A DNA stretch of 61,032 nt from Thermodesulfobacteriota bacterium (GCA_013154175.1 JAADCZ010000110.1:1-61032), one strand, 5' to 3'; shown: positions 1-10,029, counted from the first letter of the stretch. Numbers and translations: made by a program. Notes: generated by a model not told the origin, from the letters alone.

Positions 1-4
1 CAGC

Positions 5-1375
5 CTAAAGGCCAGTTGGGAACTTTGGAAGGTCCTTTAGGGCCTCTTCAATCTTGTCTTCAGGGTATTCATAATCTTCAAGTCTGCCTTCGAGATAGTC
101 GTCATAGGCAGCAAGATCAAAATGGCCGTGGCCGCTAAAGCAGCATACTATGGCCTTTTCTTCCCCGGTCTCCTTACACTTTAGGGCCTCATCTATCCAG
201 CCACGAAGGGCGTGGGAGGTCTCTGGGGCGGGAATGATGCCCTCTGTCCTGGCAAACTGCACAGCTGCCTCAAAGACAGGGTTCTGGGTGTAGGCCTTTG
301 GCTTGACTACACCATTCTTTACGAGATTACAAAGTATCGGGGCATCACCGTGGTACCTCAAGCCCCCTGCGTGGATGCCTGGTGGCTCAAAGGTGTGACC
401 AAGGGTGTACATGAGCATGAGGGGCGTCATGCCAGCGGTGTCGCCATAGTCGTACTGGTAAAGACCCTTTGTGAGGGTTGGGCAGGATTTTGGCTCAATG
501 GCAATGATTTCTACATCGTCCTTTCCATCCACCTTGTCCTTTACAAAGGGCAGGATCATGCCGCCAAAGTTTGAGCCTCCGCCAACACATCCGACTATCA
601 CGTCTGCCTTGTCGCCCACGAGCTCGAGCTGCCTTTTTGTCTCAAGGCCTATGACCGTCTGGTGAAGGAGCACGTGGTTGAGCACGCTTCCAAGGGCGTA
701 GTTCGTATCTTCATGGGTTGCTGCATCCTCGACGGCTTCTGAAATGGCAATGCCAAGGCTTCCCATTGAATCAGGATTCTTCTCAAGAATGGCCCTGCCT
801 GCATTTGTCCTGTCTGTGGGGGATGGATAGACCTCACCGCCCCAGACGTGCATGAGGATGCGCCTGTAGGGTTTCTGGTTGTAGCTCACCTTCACCATAT
901 AGACGGTGCAGTGCATGTCAAAAAGGCTGCATGCAAAGGACAGAGCGCTGCCCCACTGGCCAGCCCCTGTCTCTGTGGTGAGCTTGTTTACACCGGCCTT
1001 TTTGTTGTAGTAGGCCTGGGCAACAGCAGTATTTGGTTTGTGGCTCCCTGGAGGGCTTACCCCTTCATTCTTATAGTAAAGCCTTGCAGGAGTTCCCAGG
1101 GCCTTTTCAAGACGCCTTGCCCTGATTAGAGGGCTTGGGCGCCAGAGTTTGTAAATCTCTTTCACCTCTTCTGGGATTTCAATCCATCTTTCCTGACTCA
1201 CTTCCTGCATTATCAGCTCGTCTGGGAATATGGGCTTTAGGTCGTCAGGAGTGACAGGCTGACCAGTCTGTGGATTTAGGGGTGGAGCCAAAGGCTCTGG
1301 CAAATCTGGAAGGACATTGTACCAGGCCTGGGGCAGTTCTTTTTCGTCCAGTAAGATTTTGTAACTGTCTGCCAT
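5..1375 (-). CDS. trpB: TrpB-like PLP-dependent enzyme (tryptophan synthase beta chain, long TrpB2 type)
   Basis: 456-aa ORF. It has the PLP-lysine motif GSHKPNTA, the glycine loop [11 protein letters not shown], and a long N-terminal extension typical of TrpB2. AAGGAGA RBS precedes the ATG at 1375. Confidence 0.9.
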   Translation of the reverse strand: MADSYKILLDEKELPQAWYNVLPDLPEPLAPPLNPQTGQPVTPDDLKPIFPDELIMQEVSQERWIEIPEEVKEIYKLWRPSPLIRARRLEKALGTPARLYYKNEGVSPPGSHKPNTAVAQAYYNKKAGVNKLTTETGAGQWGSALSFACSLFDMHCTVYMVKVSYNQKPYRRILMHVWGGEVYPSPTDRTNAGRAILEKNPDSMGSLGIAISEAVEDAATHEDTNYALGSVLNHVLLHQTVIGLETKRQLELVGDKADVIVGCVGGGSNFGGMILPFVKDKVDGKDDVEIIAIEPKSCPTLTKGLYQYDYGDTAGMTPLMLMYTLGHTFEPPGIHAGGLRYHGDAPILCNLVKNGVVKPKAYTQNPVFEAAVQFARTEGIIPAPETSHALRGWIDEALKCKETGEEKAIVCCFSGHGHFDLAAYDDYLEGRLEDYEYPEDKIEEALKDLPKFPTGL

Positions 1376-1412
1376 TTTGTTTGGTTCTCCTTATGCGTTG
1401 ATCTTAGGCTTA

Positions 1413-2396
1413 TTAAAATATGTAAATGAGTTTAAACCACACGTTTTGAAGCTCTGGGCCATTTTTCACTGCAAACTCATGGGAATACCTGAGGGTAGCC
1501 ATGAAGTTCTTGTTCTGATACATGATCCCTGGTCCAAGGGCCACTGCCCTTGATTTGTCATTCTCTATGTCTTTAAGGGCATCCTTCAAGGGCTCTGGTA
1601 GCCCACCTAGATCATCAAAATCGTCAGAGGTGGTCTGCTGGTAGAAGTAACCGTTTATTCCAAGTCTGAGATAGTCGGTTATGCCCCAGGATACGTTAAA
1701 GTCACAGTGAAACTCCTGGCCAGGGTCCCTGTCCACACGGACTGGCGGACCCGGCTCATAATCATCCTGGTGGGTGTTGAAGTCGTACATGAGCTTTATG
1801 GAGGTCTCAAGCTGTGGTAGTGGGAAGTATGTCACTGCCAGGACGGGCTCGAATGTCCAAAAGTTCCTGCCAACAGATGCGATGTTGCCCTTGTCTTCAT
1901 TGTAGAGTGGAAAGTAGATGTCAACGGCTGAAACAGCCACATGGAGCCTTCCCTGGTCAAGGTGCCAACCAAGGAGCATTGGCGAGTAGATGACATAAAG
2001 GGCATTGAAGTCTGAGTAGTGCTTCTTGAGACTTGAGCCAACTGGCGCATTGAAGTCCATATCCTTGTTTATTGCGCCAAAGAAGAAATGTTGACCATAG
2101 TTTGCACCAAAGAGCTTGTACTTGGAAATCCAGATGAGACGGATGATGTCTCCTCCCACATCGGCATCGTCCAAAAGGTGGGTGTCATCCCCGTCATCGT
2201 CCTTCAGCTTGCCTGCGTGGCCATAGTAGGCATAGTTTACCAAGGTAAGCCCTGGCGGGGGCATCATGCCAACCATGAATGCCTCAGCGCCATTTGGATA
2301 GGCGTGGCCACCACCGGCAAAGGCTGCAGAAATGGACACGAATACCAAGAAGATCAAGCCTGCCAAAAAAGAAAAAACTCCTTGCCTCACAACCAT
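1413..2396 (-). CDS. Outer-membrane beta-barrel protein (MetA-pathway/transporter-type OMP-like)
   Basis: 327 aa. It has a signal peptide (FLAGLIFLVFVSISAAFA), amphipathic strand-like Y/G/N/D-rich sequence and the C-terminal aromatic end KLIYIF. GGGGAGGA RBS is present. The family name is recalled from memory and not verified. Confidence 0.65.
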   Translation of the reverse strand: MVVRQGVFSFLAGLIFLVFVSISAAFAGGGHAYPNGAEAFMVGMMPPPGLTLVNYAYYGHAGKLKDDDGDDTHLLDDADVGGDIIRLIWISKYKLFGANYGQHFFFGAINKDMDFNAPVGSSLKKHYSDFNALYVIYSPMLLGWHLDQGRLHVAVSAVDIYFPLYNEDKGNIASVGRNFWTFEPVLAVTYFPLPQLETSIKLMYDFNTHQDDYEPGPPVRVDRDPGQEFHCDFNVSWGITDYLRLGINGYFYQQTTSDDFDDLGGLPEPLKDALKDIENDKSRAVALGPGIMYQNKNFMATLRYSHEFAVKNGPELQNVWFKLIYIF

Positions 2397-2529
2397 TTTT
2401 TCCTCCCCTCGACATTATGAGTTTCATTTTTTTACACTATTCTGAATGGCCATTCAATATGATTCTTCATGAGAATTTGACGGAATTATGGAATTTTCCA
2501 AATAAAATTGGCATGAAAACATACTGAGA

Positions 2530-2558
2530 TTGACAGCGTGGTGGAGGATAATTATTTT
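2530..2558 (+). promoter_or_regulatory. Candidate sigma-70-type promoter of the hrcA-grpE-dnaK operon
   Basis: TTGACA (2530-2535), 17-nt spacer, TATTTT (2553-2558). CIRCE follows immediately, which is the classical promoter/operator arrangement. Confidence 0.45.
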
Positions 2559-2559
2559 T

Positions 2560-2586
2560 TTAGCACCCTGGCATAAAGGGTGCTAA
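2560..2586 (+). promoter_or_regulatory. CIRCE operator (HrcA binding site)
   Basis: TTAGCACCC-N9-GGGTGCTAA is a perfect 9-bp inverted repeat. The consensus is TTAGCACTC-N9-GAGTGCTAA. It lies 62 nt upstream of the hrcA ATG. Confidence 0.88.
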
Positions 2587-2648
2587 TCTGTCATCCAAAC
2601 TAATTGCCCCCGGGTAAACAAATCCAGTTTGAGGATTCAAGTAATAAA

Positions 2649-3674
2649 ATGAGTGAAAAGTTCTCCATATCCGAAAGGAAAAAGGAGATATTAAAGCAGG
2701 TTGTAAACTCATATATCGAGACTGCAGAGCCTGTTGGCTCCAGGGTCATAGCCAAGCGGTCATCCCTTGGCTTGAGCTCTGCAACCATCAGGAACTGCAT
2801 GGCAGACCTTGAGGATGCCGGGCTGCTTTTTCAGCCTCACACCTCTGCTGGCAGGCTGCCAACCGAAGAGGGGCTCAAGTTCTTCGTAAAGAACCTCATG
2901 GACAAGATTCCCCTGAGCTGGGGAGAGCAGGTGGCCATTGAAAAGGAGATGCTGCAAGAGGTGGAGGACTTTTCTGACATCCTCAAAAAGGCGGCTCAAC
3001 TCCTGGCCTCCCTCACAGGCTATACGGCTGTTGTGAGTGCGCCATCTGAGCTCGATGAGCGGCTCGAGTTCATTGAGTTCGTGAACATAAAGCCAGGGGT
3101 GATCCTGGTGGTTATGGTGACTGTGGCAGGAACAGTCAGAAACCAGCTCATCAGGATCAAGAGGGATATTCCCCAGTCGACCCTCGAGAGATTTTCAGCC
3201 AAGATGAACAGGCTCTTAAAGGATCACACCCTTGGCGAGATAAGGCAGAAACTCATAGAGGCCATGGAGGAAGACAAAAAGCTGTGTGAGAACCTGCTTA
3301 CACAGCTGGTTCCGGCAGAACACAGAAGACTTTCTGGAAAGCTCTACATCGACGGAAAGCTGAACCTGTTGGATGAGCCGGAATTTGCACACATCCCCAA
3401 GATAAAGAGCCTCTTGGAGGCACTCGAGGAGAAACACCTGCTTCTGAGACTCCTGGACAAATGTCTCGCAGGTGAAGAGCTACAAATCTTCATAGGAAAG
3501 GAAGTTGACTATGGGGTGCCGGAATGCGGAATGGTTGTGGCCCCCTATGAGAAGGAAGACCATCCAGTGGGCAGTCTGGGGGTTCTCGGACCAATGAGAA
3601 TGAATTACCCCAAGGTTGTCTCTCTGGTGGAATATATAGCAGCAATATTGAGCTCCAGGGCTAAGGAGATGTAA
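2649..3674 (+). CDS. hrcA: Heat-inducible transcription repressor HrcA
   Basis: The N-terminus MSEKFSISERKKEILKQVVNSYIETAEPVGSR is typical of HrcA, and the gene lies in hrcA-grpE-dnaK context with CIRCE upstream. The ORF track begins at TTG 2604. I prefer ATG 2649. Confidence 0.9.
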   Translation: MSEKFSISERKKEILKQVVNSYIETAEPVGSRVIAKRSSLGLSSATIRNCMADLEDAGLLFQPHTSAGRLPTEEGLKFFVKNLMDKIPLSWGEQVAIEKEMLQEVEDFSDILKKAAQLLASLTGYTAVVSAPSELDERLEFIEFVNIKPGVILVVMVTVAGTVRNQLIRIKRDIPQSTLERFSAKMNRLLKDHTLGEIRQKLIEAMEEDKKLCENLLTQLVPAEHRRLSGKLYIDGKLNLLDEPEFAHIPKIKSLLEALEEKHLLLRLLDKCLAGEELQIFIGKEVDYGVPECGMVVAPYEKEDHPVGSLGVLGPMRMNYPKVVSLVEYIAAILSSRAKEM

Positions 3675-3678
3675 CGCC

Positions 3679-4296
3679 ATGGAAAAGGAAAAAGAACAGA
3701 AAAAGGATCAACATATAGAAGAAAAGCCAGAAGAAAAGGAACAAAACGAGATGGAGAAAAAGGAAGAAAAAAAAGAGGCTACCGTAGCCTCTTTGGAAAA
3801 AAAGCTCGAAGAGAAGGAAAAGGAACTTGCAGAATGCAAGGACAAGATGCTCAGGCTGGCAGCTGAGCTGGAAAACTTCAAGAAGAGGGTCGAGAGGGAA
3901 AAGGTGGAACATATGAAGTTTGCCTTGGAGGAGTTCGCCAAGGAGCTACTTCCCTTTCTCGACAACCTGGAACGTGCCGTGGCCTTGGCAAAGGACACCA
4001 AGGACATGGAAAAGATGATCGAGGGCATTGAGCTGACCCTTTCAGGTTACTTCAAGACCCTCGAACGATTTGGCCTCAAGACCTTCGTTGCAGAAGGAAA
4101 GAGGTTCGATCCGAATTATCACGAGGCACTGAGCGTGGAAGAAAACTCTGATGTAGAGGATAACACTGTACTGAAGGAACTTCTTAGAGGTTATACCCTG
4201 CATGACAGGGTCATCAGACCGGCCCTCGTTGTGGTATCCAAAAAAAATCAGCAGGGAAATGAAAAAGAAGGTGGACAAGAAGAAAGTAATGCTTAG
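3679..4296 (+). CDS. grpE: Nucleotide exchange factor GrpE
   Basis: The GrpE core is present (LRLAAELENFKKRVEREK ... GYTLHDRVIRPALVVV). It has a Lys/Glu-rich N-terminal tail. The gene sits between hrcA and dnaK. Confidence 0.93.
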   Translation: MEKEKEQKKDQHIEEKPEEKEQNEMEKKEEKKEATVASLEKKLEEKEKELAECKDKMLRLAAELENFKKRVEREKVEHMKFALEEFAKELLPFLDNLERAVALAKDTKDMEKMIEGIELTLSGYFKTLERFGLKTFVAEGKRFDPNYHEALSVEENSDVEDNTVLKELLRGYTLHDRVIRPALVVVSKKNQQGNEKEGGQEESNA

Positions 4297-4381
4297 TTTT
4301 TGTTAAAAAAGACTGCGACAGAATCTAAATAAAAAAAGAAAGCTGGAGCGATAACAGTAAATTAAGGAGGATCCGATAAAA

Positions 4382-6316
4382 ATGGGAAAGGTAATAGGAA
4401 TAGACCTTGGAACCACTAACTCCTGCGTTGCTATAATGGAAGGCGGCGAGCCAAAAGTCCTTACCAATGCAGAAGGTCAGAGGACTACACCATCTGTAGT
4501 CGCCTTTACTGACAAAGGAGAGAGGTTGGTTGGACTATTGGCCAAGAGGCAGGCAGTAACCAACCCTGAAAATACAATATTTGCAGTTAAGAGACTCATC
4601 GGTAGGAAATTTACCGACCCTGAAGTTCAAAGAACCAAGGAAATAGTGCCCTACAAGATTGTAGAGGGGCCAAATGGCGACGCTTACGTAGAGGTCCAGG
4701 GCAAGAAATATAGTCCTGCGGAGATTTCCGCAATGATTCTCACCAAGATGAAGCAGACTGCTGAAGACTACCTTGGTGAGGAAGTCAAGGAAGCCGTAAT
4801 CACGGTTCCCGCATACTTCAATGACAGCCAGAGACAGGCTACCAAGGACGCTGGCAGGATTGCTGGCCTCGATGTGCTCAGGATCATCAATGAGCCCACG
4901 GCAGCAGCACTCGCCTACGGCCTAGACAAGAAGAAGGAAGAGAAGGTTGCCGTTTTTGACCTTGGTGGTGGTACCTTCGATATCTCCATCCTGGAGATTG
5001 GTGATGGAGTATTCGAGGTCAAGTCCACAAATGGTGACACCTTCCTGGGTGGCGAGGACTTTGACCTGAGAATCGTCGACTGGCTCGCTGAAGAGTTCAA
5101 GAAAGAGACCGGAATCGATCTCAAGCAGGACAGGATGGCACTTCAGCGTCTGAAAGAGGCAGCTGAGAAGGCAAAGTGTGAGCTTTCCACTGCCCAGGAA
5201 ACTGAAATCAACCTGCCATTCATCACTGCTGATGCATCTGGTCCAAAGCACCTGGTAAAGAAGCTTACCAGGGCAAAGCTCGAGGCACTCGTTTCTGACC
5301 TCATTGAAAGGCTCGTACCACCTTGTGAGACTGCTCTCAAGGATGCTGGACTTACCAAGGCAGACATCGACGAGGTCATCCTGGTTGGTGGTATGACCCG
5401 TATGCCCAAGGTTCAGGAGAAGGTCAAGGAGATCTTCGGCAAAGAGCCTCACAAGGGCGTCAACCCAGACGAGGTTGTTGCAATCGGTGCAGCCATTCAG
5501 GGTGCAGTGCTCAAGGGCGAGGTAAAGGATGTTCTGCTTCTGGACGTTACTCCGCTGTCTCTCGGAATCGAGACAATGGGTGGAGTAATGACCAAGCTCA
5601 TCGAGAAGAACACCACCATACCGGCCCGCAAGAGCCAGATATTTACCACTGCAACGGACAACCAGAGTGCCGTTACCATCCATGTGCTCCAGGGTGAGCG
5701 CGAGATGGCTGCAGACAACAAGAGTATCGGCCGTTTCGAACTGGTAGGTATTCCACCTGCACCAAGGGGAGTGCCTCAGATCGAGGTCACCTTCGATATC
5801 GATGCAAACGGAATACTCAACGTCTCTGCAAAGGACCTTGCCACTGGTAAGGAGCAGTCCATCCGCATCCAGGCCTCCAGTGGTCTGACCGAGGAAGAAA
5901 TCAAGCGGATGGAGGAAGAGGCAAAACTCCATGCAGAGGAAGACAAGAAGAAACGTGAGCTCGTAGAGGCCAGAAACCAGGCCGACAGCCTCATCTACAC
6001 CACAGAGAAGAGCTTGAAGGAACTTGGTGACAAGGTTGACTCTGCAACCCGCGAGGAGATCAACCAGAAGATCGAGGCCCTTAAGAAGGCCATTGAAGGT
6101 GATGACATAGACGCCATCAAGAAGGCCCAGGAAGAGCTCATGCAGGCATCCCACAAGATCGCCGAGATGATGTACCAGCAGGCCCAGGCTGGCGCAGGAG
6201 CCGCAGGGGCTGCAGGAGCCGGTGCTGCCGGTGGCGCAGCAGGCGGCGAGTCCACCCAGGGCAAGGACGGTGGAGACGACGACGTAGTGGATGCAGACTT
6301 CGAGGAAGTAAAATAA
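4382..6316 (+). CDS. dnaK: Molecular chaperone DnaK (Hsp70)
   Basis: 644 aa. Hsp70 signatures [18 protein letters not shown] and [11 protein letters not shown] are present, with a Gly/Ala-rich C-terminal tail ending EEVK. AAGGAGG RBS is present. Confidence 0.98.
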   Translation: MGKVIGIDLGTTNSCVAIMEGGEPKVLTNAEGQRTTPSVVAFTDKGERLVGLLAKRQAVTNPENTIFAVKRLIGRKFTDPEVQRTKEIVPYKIVEGPNGDAYVEVQGKKYSPAEISAMILTKMKQTAEDYLGEEVKEAVITVPAYFNDSQRQATKDAGRIAGLDVLRIINEPTAAALAYGLDKKKEEKVAVFDLGGGTFDISILEIGDGVFEVKSTNGDTFLGGEDFDLRIVDWLAEEFKKETGIDLKQDRMALQRLKEAAEKAKCELSTAQETEINLPFITADASGPKHLVKKLTRAKLEALVSDLIERLVPPCETALKDAGLTKADIDEVILVGGMTRMPKVQEKVKEIFGKEPHKGVNPDEVVAIGAAIQGAVLKGEVKDVLLLDVTPLSLGIETMGGVMTKLIEKNTTIPARKSQIFTTATDNQSAVTIHVLQGEREMAADNKSIGRFELVGIPPAPRGVPQIEVTFDIDANGILNVSAKDLATGKEQSIRIQASSGLTEEEIKRMEEEAKLHAEEDKKKRELVEARNQADSLIYTTEKSLKELGDKVDSATREEINQKIEALKKAIEGDDIDAIKKAQEELMQASHKIAEMMYQQAQAGAGAAGAAGAGAAGGAAGGESTQGKDGGDDDVVDADFEEVK

Positions 6317-6344
6317 GCATCGGTTGACACTTACAGCAAACAAC

Positions 6345-6378
6345 AAGGCCGGGTGCCCAAGGCACTTCGGCCTTTTTT
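6345..6378 (+). terminator. Rho-independent terminator after dnaK
   Basis: GC-rich hairpin AAGGCCGGGTGCC-CAA-GGCAC..CGGCCTT followed by TTTTTT. Confidence 0.8.
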
Positions 6379-6425
6379 ATTTGATCTTTTTTTGTTTGAT
6401 TAAGTCCCTGGTGGAGTGCTAAAAA

Positions 6426-7994
6426 ATGTCTATGAGCCCAGAAAAAGTTCTCTTTCCATATGAAAAGGTGAGACGGTGCGGCATCCTGCTCCATATTTCA
6501 TCCCTCCCAGGGAGATTTGGCATTGGCCAGCTTGGTGAAGAGGCAGAAGCCTTTTTGCAGTTCCTGTCAGGGGCCGGACAAAGCATCTGGCAATTCCTGC
6601 CCCTTGGGCCAACAAAGTCAGACCTGGACCACTCCCCCTACATGAGCAGCTCGGCCTTTGCAGGAAATCCCCTTTTCATCTCCCCGGATCTGCTTCTTAA
6701 ACAGGGTCTTCTCAATGAAGAGGACCTTGCAGAGGTACCTGAGTTCTCACCCTATCTCGTTGAGTTTGAACGTGTAGAACCATACCTTTTCTCCCTTTTG
6801 AATCGTGCCTTTAAAAACTTTTCAAACTCGACGTCTACAGAGTCCTTTCAGTCATTTTGCCAGAAGAACAGCCACTGGCTTGATGACTATGCACTCTTCA
6901 TGTCTCTAAAGGAAAAATATAATGAAAAGCCGTGGTATGACTGGCCAGACGCAATGGCCAGAAGGCATCCGGATGCCCTCGAAGGGGCGGCCCAGGAGCT
7001 TTCTTCGACAGTTTTGTTCCACAAATTTACCCAGTGGCAATTCTTCTCCCAATGGGACGCATTCAAATCAAAGGCCCAGGAGCTGGGTGTGCGACTCTTT
7101 GGGGATATTCCCATCTATGTTGCAGCCGACAGTGCAGACGTGTGGGCCAATCAGGACTGTTTCGAACTGGACCCAGTAACACTCAAGCCAAAATATGTGG
7201 CTGGAGTGCCGCCAGACTATTTCAGCAAGACAGGTCAGAGATGGGGTAATCCAATCTATAAGTGGAAAATCAACGGCCAGCCCAACCCGGCCCTTTACAG
7301 ATGGTGGTCAAATCGGCTCTCACACATGAGAAACCTGCTACACATCCTGAGAATCGACCACTTCAGGGGCTTTCAGGCCTATTGGCAGATTCCTGCCTCA
7401 GAGCCAACAGCAATAAAGGGGAAATGGGTAAGGGGCCCTGGACGCTTTTTCTTCGAGCAGATGAAGGATGCAGTAGAGGGGCTTGAGATTGTTGCCGAAG
7501 ACCTTGGCACCATAACACGCCCGGTCATCAGACTCAGGGAAGAACTGGGGCTTGCAGGCATGAAGGTGCTCATGTTCGCCTTTGACTCAGATGAGAAAAA
7601 CCTCTACCTGCCCCACAACTATGAACATACCAACTTTTACGTCTACTCAGGAACCCATGACAACAACACTGCCGTAGGGTGGTATCTGGACCCACAGGTA
7701 CCTGAATATGCCAAGGCCAGGATAAGAAGATACGCCAACAGTGACGGCAACAGGATTCACTGGGACTTTCTCCGACTGGCCTACAGCTCTGTTGCTAGAA
7801 CGGCCATCATGCCAATGCAGGACGTGTTGGGTTTCGGCTCTGATTGTCGCATGAACACCCCGGCAACAAGCAAAGGGAACTGGCGTTGGAGACTCGCAGA
7901 AAGGTTTATTACCCAGCAAATAAAGGAGGCACTTTTCTCAGAGGCCAAGTTCTATGCCCGTATTCCAGATAGGAAAGATTCCCCCAAGGCTTGA
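6426..7994 (+). CDS. malQ: 4-alpha-glucanotransferase (amylomaltase, GH77)
   Basis: 522 aa. The N-terminus RRCGILLHISSLPGRFGIGQLGEEA is typical of MalQ, and the segments IDHFRGF and GTHDNNT are conserved. Confidence 0.93.
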   Translation: MSMSPEKVLFPYEKVRRCGILLHISSLPGRFGIGQLGEEAEAFLQFLSGAGQSIWQFLPLGPTKSDLDHSPYMSSSAFAGNPLFISPDLLLKQGLLNEEDLAEVPEFSPYLVEFERVEPYLFSLLNRAFKNFSNSTSTESFQSFCQKNSHWLDDYALFMSLKEKYNEKPWYDWPDAMARRHPDALEGAAQELSSTVLFHKFTQWQFFSQWDAFKSKAQELGVRLFGDIPIYVAADSADVWANQDCFELDPVTLKPKYVAGVPPDYFSKTGQRWGNPIYKWKINGQPNPALYRWWSNRLSHMRNLLHILRIDHFRGFQAYWQIPASEPTAIKGKWVRGPGRFFFEQMKDAVEGLEIVAEDLGTITRPVIRLREELGLAGMKVLMFAFDSDEKNLYLPHNYEHTNFYVYSGTHDNNTAVGWYLDPQVPEYAKARIRRYANSDGNRIHWDFLRLAYSSVARTAIMPMQDVLGFGSDCRMNTPATSKGNWRWRLAERFITQQIKEALFSEAKFYARIPDRKDSPKA

Positions 7995-8451
7995 AGGCCC
8001 AACAGTATGCCTTGAATTACTGAAACCTTGGGATTGGCCTGCCCTCTATGGGCTCTTCAAAAGGCTGGATAGAGAATCCTTTGAAAGCCTTGGGTTCATG
8101 AACAGCACCTCTGCCCTGGGGATGCTTCTCTTTTGCCTTTTTCGTTTTCGGTGGGCATACATGATTAAGACCCGCAAGACCCCGGTTGGCCTTGCAGGCG
8201 TCTACTCCTTTGAGCCTGGCTGCAGCCTCTTTCTGGCCCTTGCCATTCTTGATAGCACCTACAGAGACATGGGTATTGGCAGGGAATGTGTAGGGCTTGT
8301 CACCACCGCCTTCAAGGATCATGGACTATGCAAAGAGGTATGGGTGGAGGTATTGAAGAGTAACCAGAGGGGGTTGAACTTCTGGCTGAAGAATGGATTC
8401 ACCCTGGAGTACAAGAGTGCAAAGGGGCTTGTCTTGAAAAGAAACCTTTAG
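7954..8451 (+). CDS. GNAT-family N-acetyltransferase (start uncertain)
   Basis: 165 aa. It has the acetyl-CoA-loop-like segment RDMGIGRECVGLVTTAF and a C-terminal NQRGLNFWLKNGF. The only ATG (7954) overlaps malQ by 41 nt. Confidence 0.7.
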   Translation: MPVFQIGKIPPRLEGPTVCLELLKPWDWPALYGLFKRLDRESFESLGFMNSTSALGMLLFCLFRFRWAYMIKTRKTPVGLAGVYSFEPGCSLFLALAILDSTYRDMGIGRECVGLVTTAFKDHGLCKEVWVEVLKSNQRGLNFWLKNGFTLEYKSAKGLVLKRNL

Positions 8452-8455
8452 TCCC

Positions 8456-9247
8456 ATGAGCAAAAAATTTTCGTCGCAACTCTACAAGGCCCTGGATTTC
8501 GTCCTGAGACGTCAAAAGGAAGATGGTGGTTTCGGAGCCACTCCAAAGCTGCCAGCCACCCTGGAGGATACATACCACGCCCTGGGCATAATCGGGATGA
8601 TAGACACCTATTGCGGGCTCCCGGAGGGCCTTGCGCCAAATACCAGGGAGCATGCCCGCTTTCTGAAGACCTTTCTTGGGGGCAAACCTGAATTGAGCAC
8701 CAAGGGGATTTACCAGTCAATTTGGTGCCTAGACGCCTTGGGTCTGGCAGATGAAGCAAGAAATTTTGCCAAGGAACGCACCCCAGGCCTTTCATGCTCG
8801 TCAAACATAGAGGCCTATTACATACTCAGGATCTCAAGGCTGGTTGGTCGGGAATATGTGAAGTGCATGCCAGACAAGGAGCAGATGAAAAAGGCCATTG
8901 CCTTCAAGGGTATTTTAATGAGGAGATGGATGTATGTCTATGTAAGTGTGTTCGCGGCTCTCACCTTTGACTCGACAGATGTGGCCCAATGGATAAAGAG
9001 ATGCCAAAACTACGATGGCGGATTTGGTTTCTTGCCTGGAACAACCTCATTTCTGGAAAATTGCCACTTTGCCCTTGGAGCCCTGGATCTGTTGGGGGAA
9101 GCTCCATGGGACACCGCCGGGGCAATAAAATTCGTGACGGGCTGCCAGCGCAAAAGTGGCGGTTTTTCCAGAAAGGCCGATGCAGCTCCCTTTCTGGATT
9201 CAACATACCACGGCTGTTCAGCCCTTATCCTCTTGGATAGGGCCTAG
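8456..9247 (+). CDS. Prenyltransferase / terpene-cyclase-like alpha-alpha toroid repeat protein
   Basis: 263 aa with three repeats of the Q-x2-DGGFG type (RRQKEDGGFG, CQNYDGGFG, CQRKSGGFS). It starts 4 nt after the GNAT stop. Confidence 0.65.
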   Translation: MSKKFSSQLYKALDFVLRRQKEDGGFGATPKLPATLEDTYHALGIIGMIDTYCGLPEGLAPNTREHARFLKTFLGGKPELSTKGIYQSIWCLDALGLADEARNFAKERTPGLSCSSNIEAYYILRISRLVGREYVKCMPDKEQMKKAIAFKGILMRRWMYVYVSVFAALTFDSTDVAQWIKRCQNYDGGFGFLPGTTSFLENCHFALGALDLLGEAPWDTAGAIKFVTGCQRKSGGFSRKADAAPFLDSTYHGCSALILLDRA

Positions 9248-9545
9248 ATTCAGGCGCATGATAATGAAAACTTTATGAAATTTTCAGGTCTGGTGTGACC
9301 TGTTTGGTGAAACCCTTGTCTCTATTCCTTCGATTGGCCCCCAATCGAACAGCTTGGACCGTCTCAGGTAGGAATTGGCCGTTTGGGCTTCTTTTTTGCC
9401 TTCTTCTGAGTGGTTGACTGCCGACCGGCGTCAATAGGTGCCCCTCAGGAAGGCAGGCCAAGTTTTGGCAGAAGCCAACGGTTTATAGCTATCCAGATTA
9501 CCAAAAGCAGGAGTAAAGAAAGCAGATTGTCCATATTGCTCCTTC

Positions 9546-9572
9546 AAAAAGGGCAGGAGTTTCCCCCTGCCC
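9546..9572 (-). terminator. Rho-independent terminator of the FeS/cytochrome c operon
   Basis: On the minus strand: GGGCAGG, 8-nt loop, CCTGCCC, followed by TTTTT. It lies 36 nt downstream of the cytochrome stop. Confidence 0.75.
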
Positions 9573-9607
9573 TTCTAGACAAAATTTATTTAGAGGCTGG
9601 ATTATGC

Positions 9608-10009
9608 CTACTCGTGACCTCCATGCCCCTTAGGCTTGATGCCAGTGAGCCTATTATAACCCTTTACACCAATATGGCAAAGGGTGCAGCGGGTATTTGA
9701 TGCAAAGGCGGATTCGCCATCGTGACACTGGCCACAATATTTGCCTTCATAAAGGGACTTCATATTGAAATCCTGATTTTCTTCTGCGGTACCTGCAGCC
9801 ATCTCAAAGGGCTCATCATGGCAGGAGTCGCAATCCAGACCATTTTCGATATGAATCTTGTGATCAAATACTACTGCCTTGACGGGCTTGGTGAAGATTA
9901 TGGGCTCCTGTGGGTAGTCCTCCTCATCTTCGCCAATGGCCACACCCACTCCTAGGAAGCAACACAGAAACAGCATGCAGATGAATATCTTGAAACCTTT
10001 GTTAATCAT
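9608..10009 (-). CDS. Tri-haem c-type cytochrome (c3/c7-like) with N-terminal hydrophobic anchor or signal
   Basis: It has three CxxCH motifs (CDSCH, CGQCH, CTLCH) and the N-terminal helix IFICMLFLCCFLGVGVAIG. I prefer ATG 10009 (GGGGGAAG RBS) over the longer track ORF that starts at 10054. Confidence 0.85.
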   Translation of the reverse strand: MINKGFKIFICMLFLCCFLGVGVAIGEDEEDYPQEPIIFTKPVKAVVFDHKIHIENGLDCDSCHDEPFEMAAGTAEENQDFNMKSLYEGKYCGQCHDGESAFASNTRCTLCHIGVKGYNRLTGIKPKGHGGHE

Positions 10010-10029
10010 TTGTCTTCCCCCCTGTCTGA

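Noticed and set aside
4922-6346. 474-aa ORF antisense to dnaK
   Set aside because: This is the classic shadow ORF on the opposite strand of hsp70 genes. It arises from the codon bias of dnaK. It has low-complexity, Leu/Val/Cys-rich composition, no RBS and no recognisable family. dnaK itself is unambiguous.
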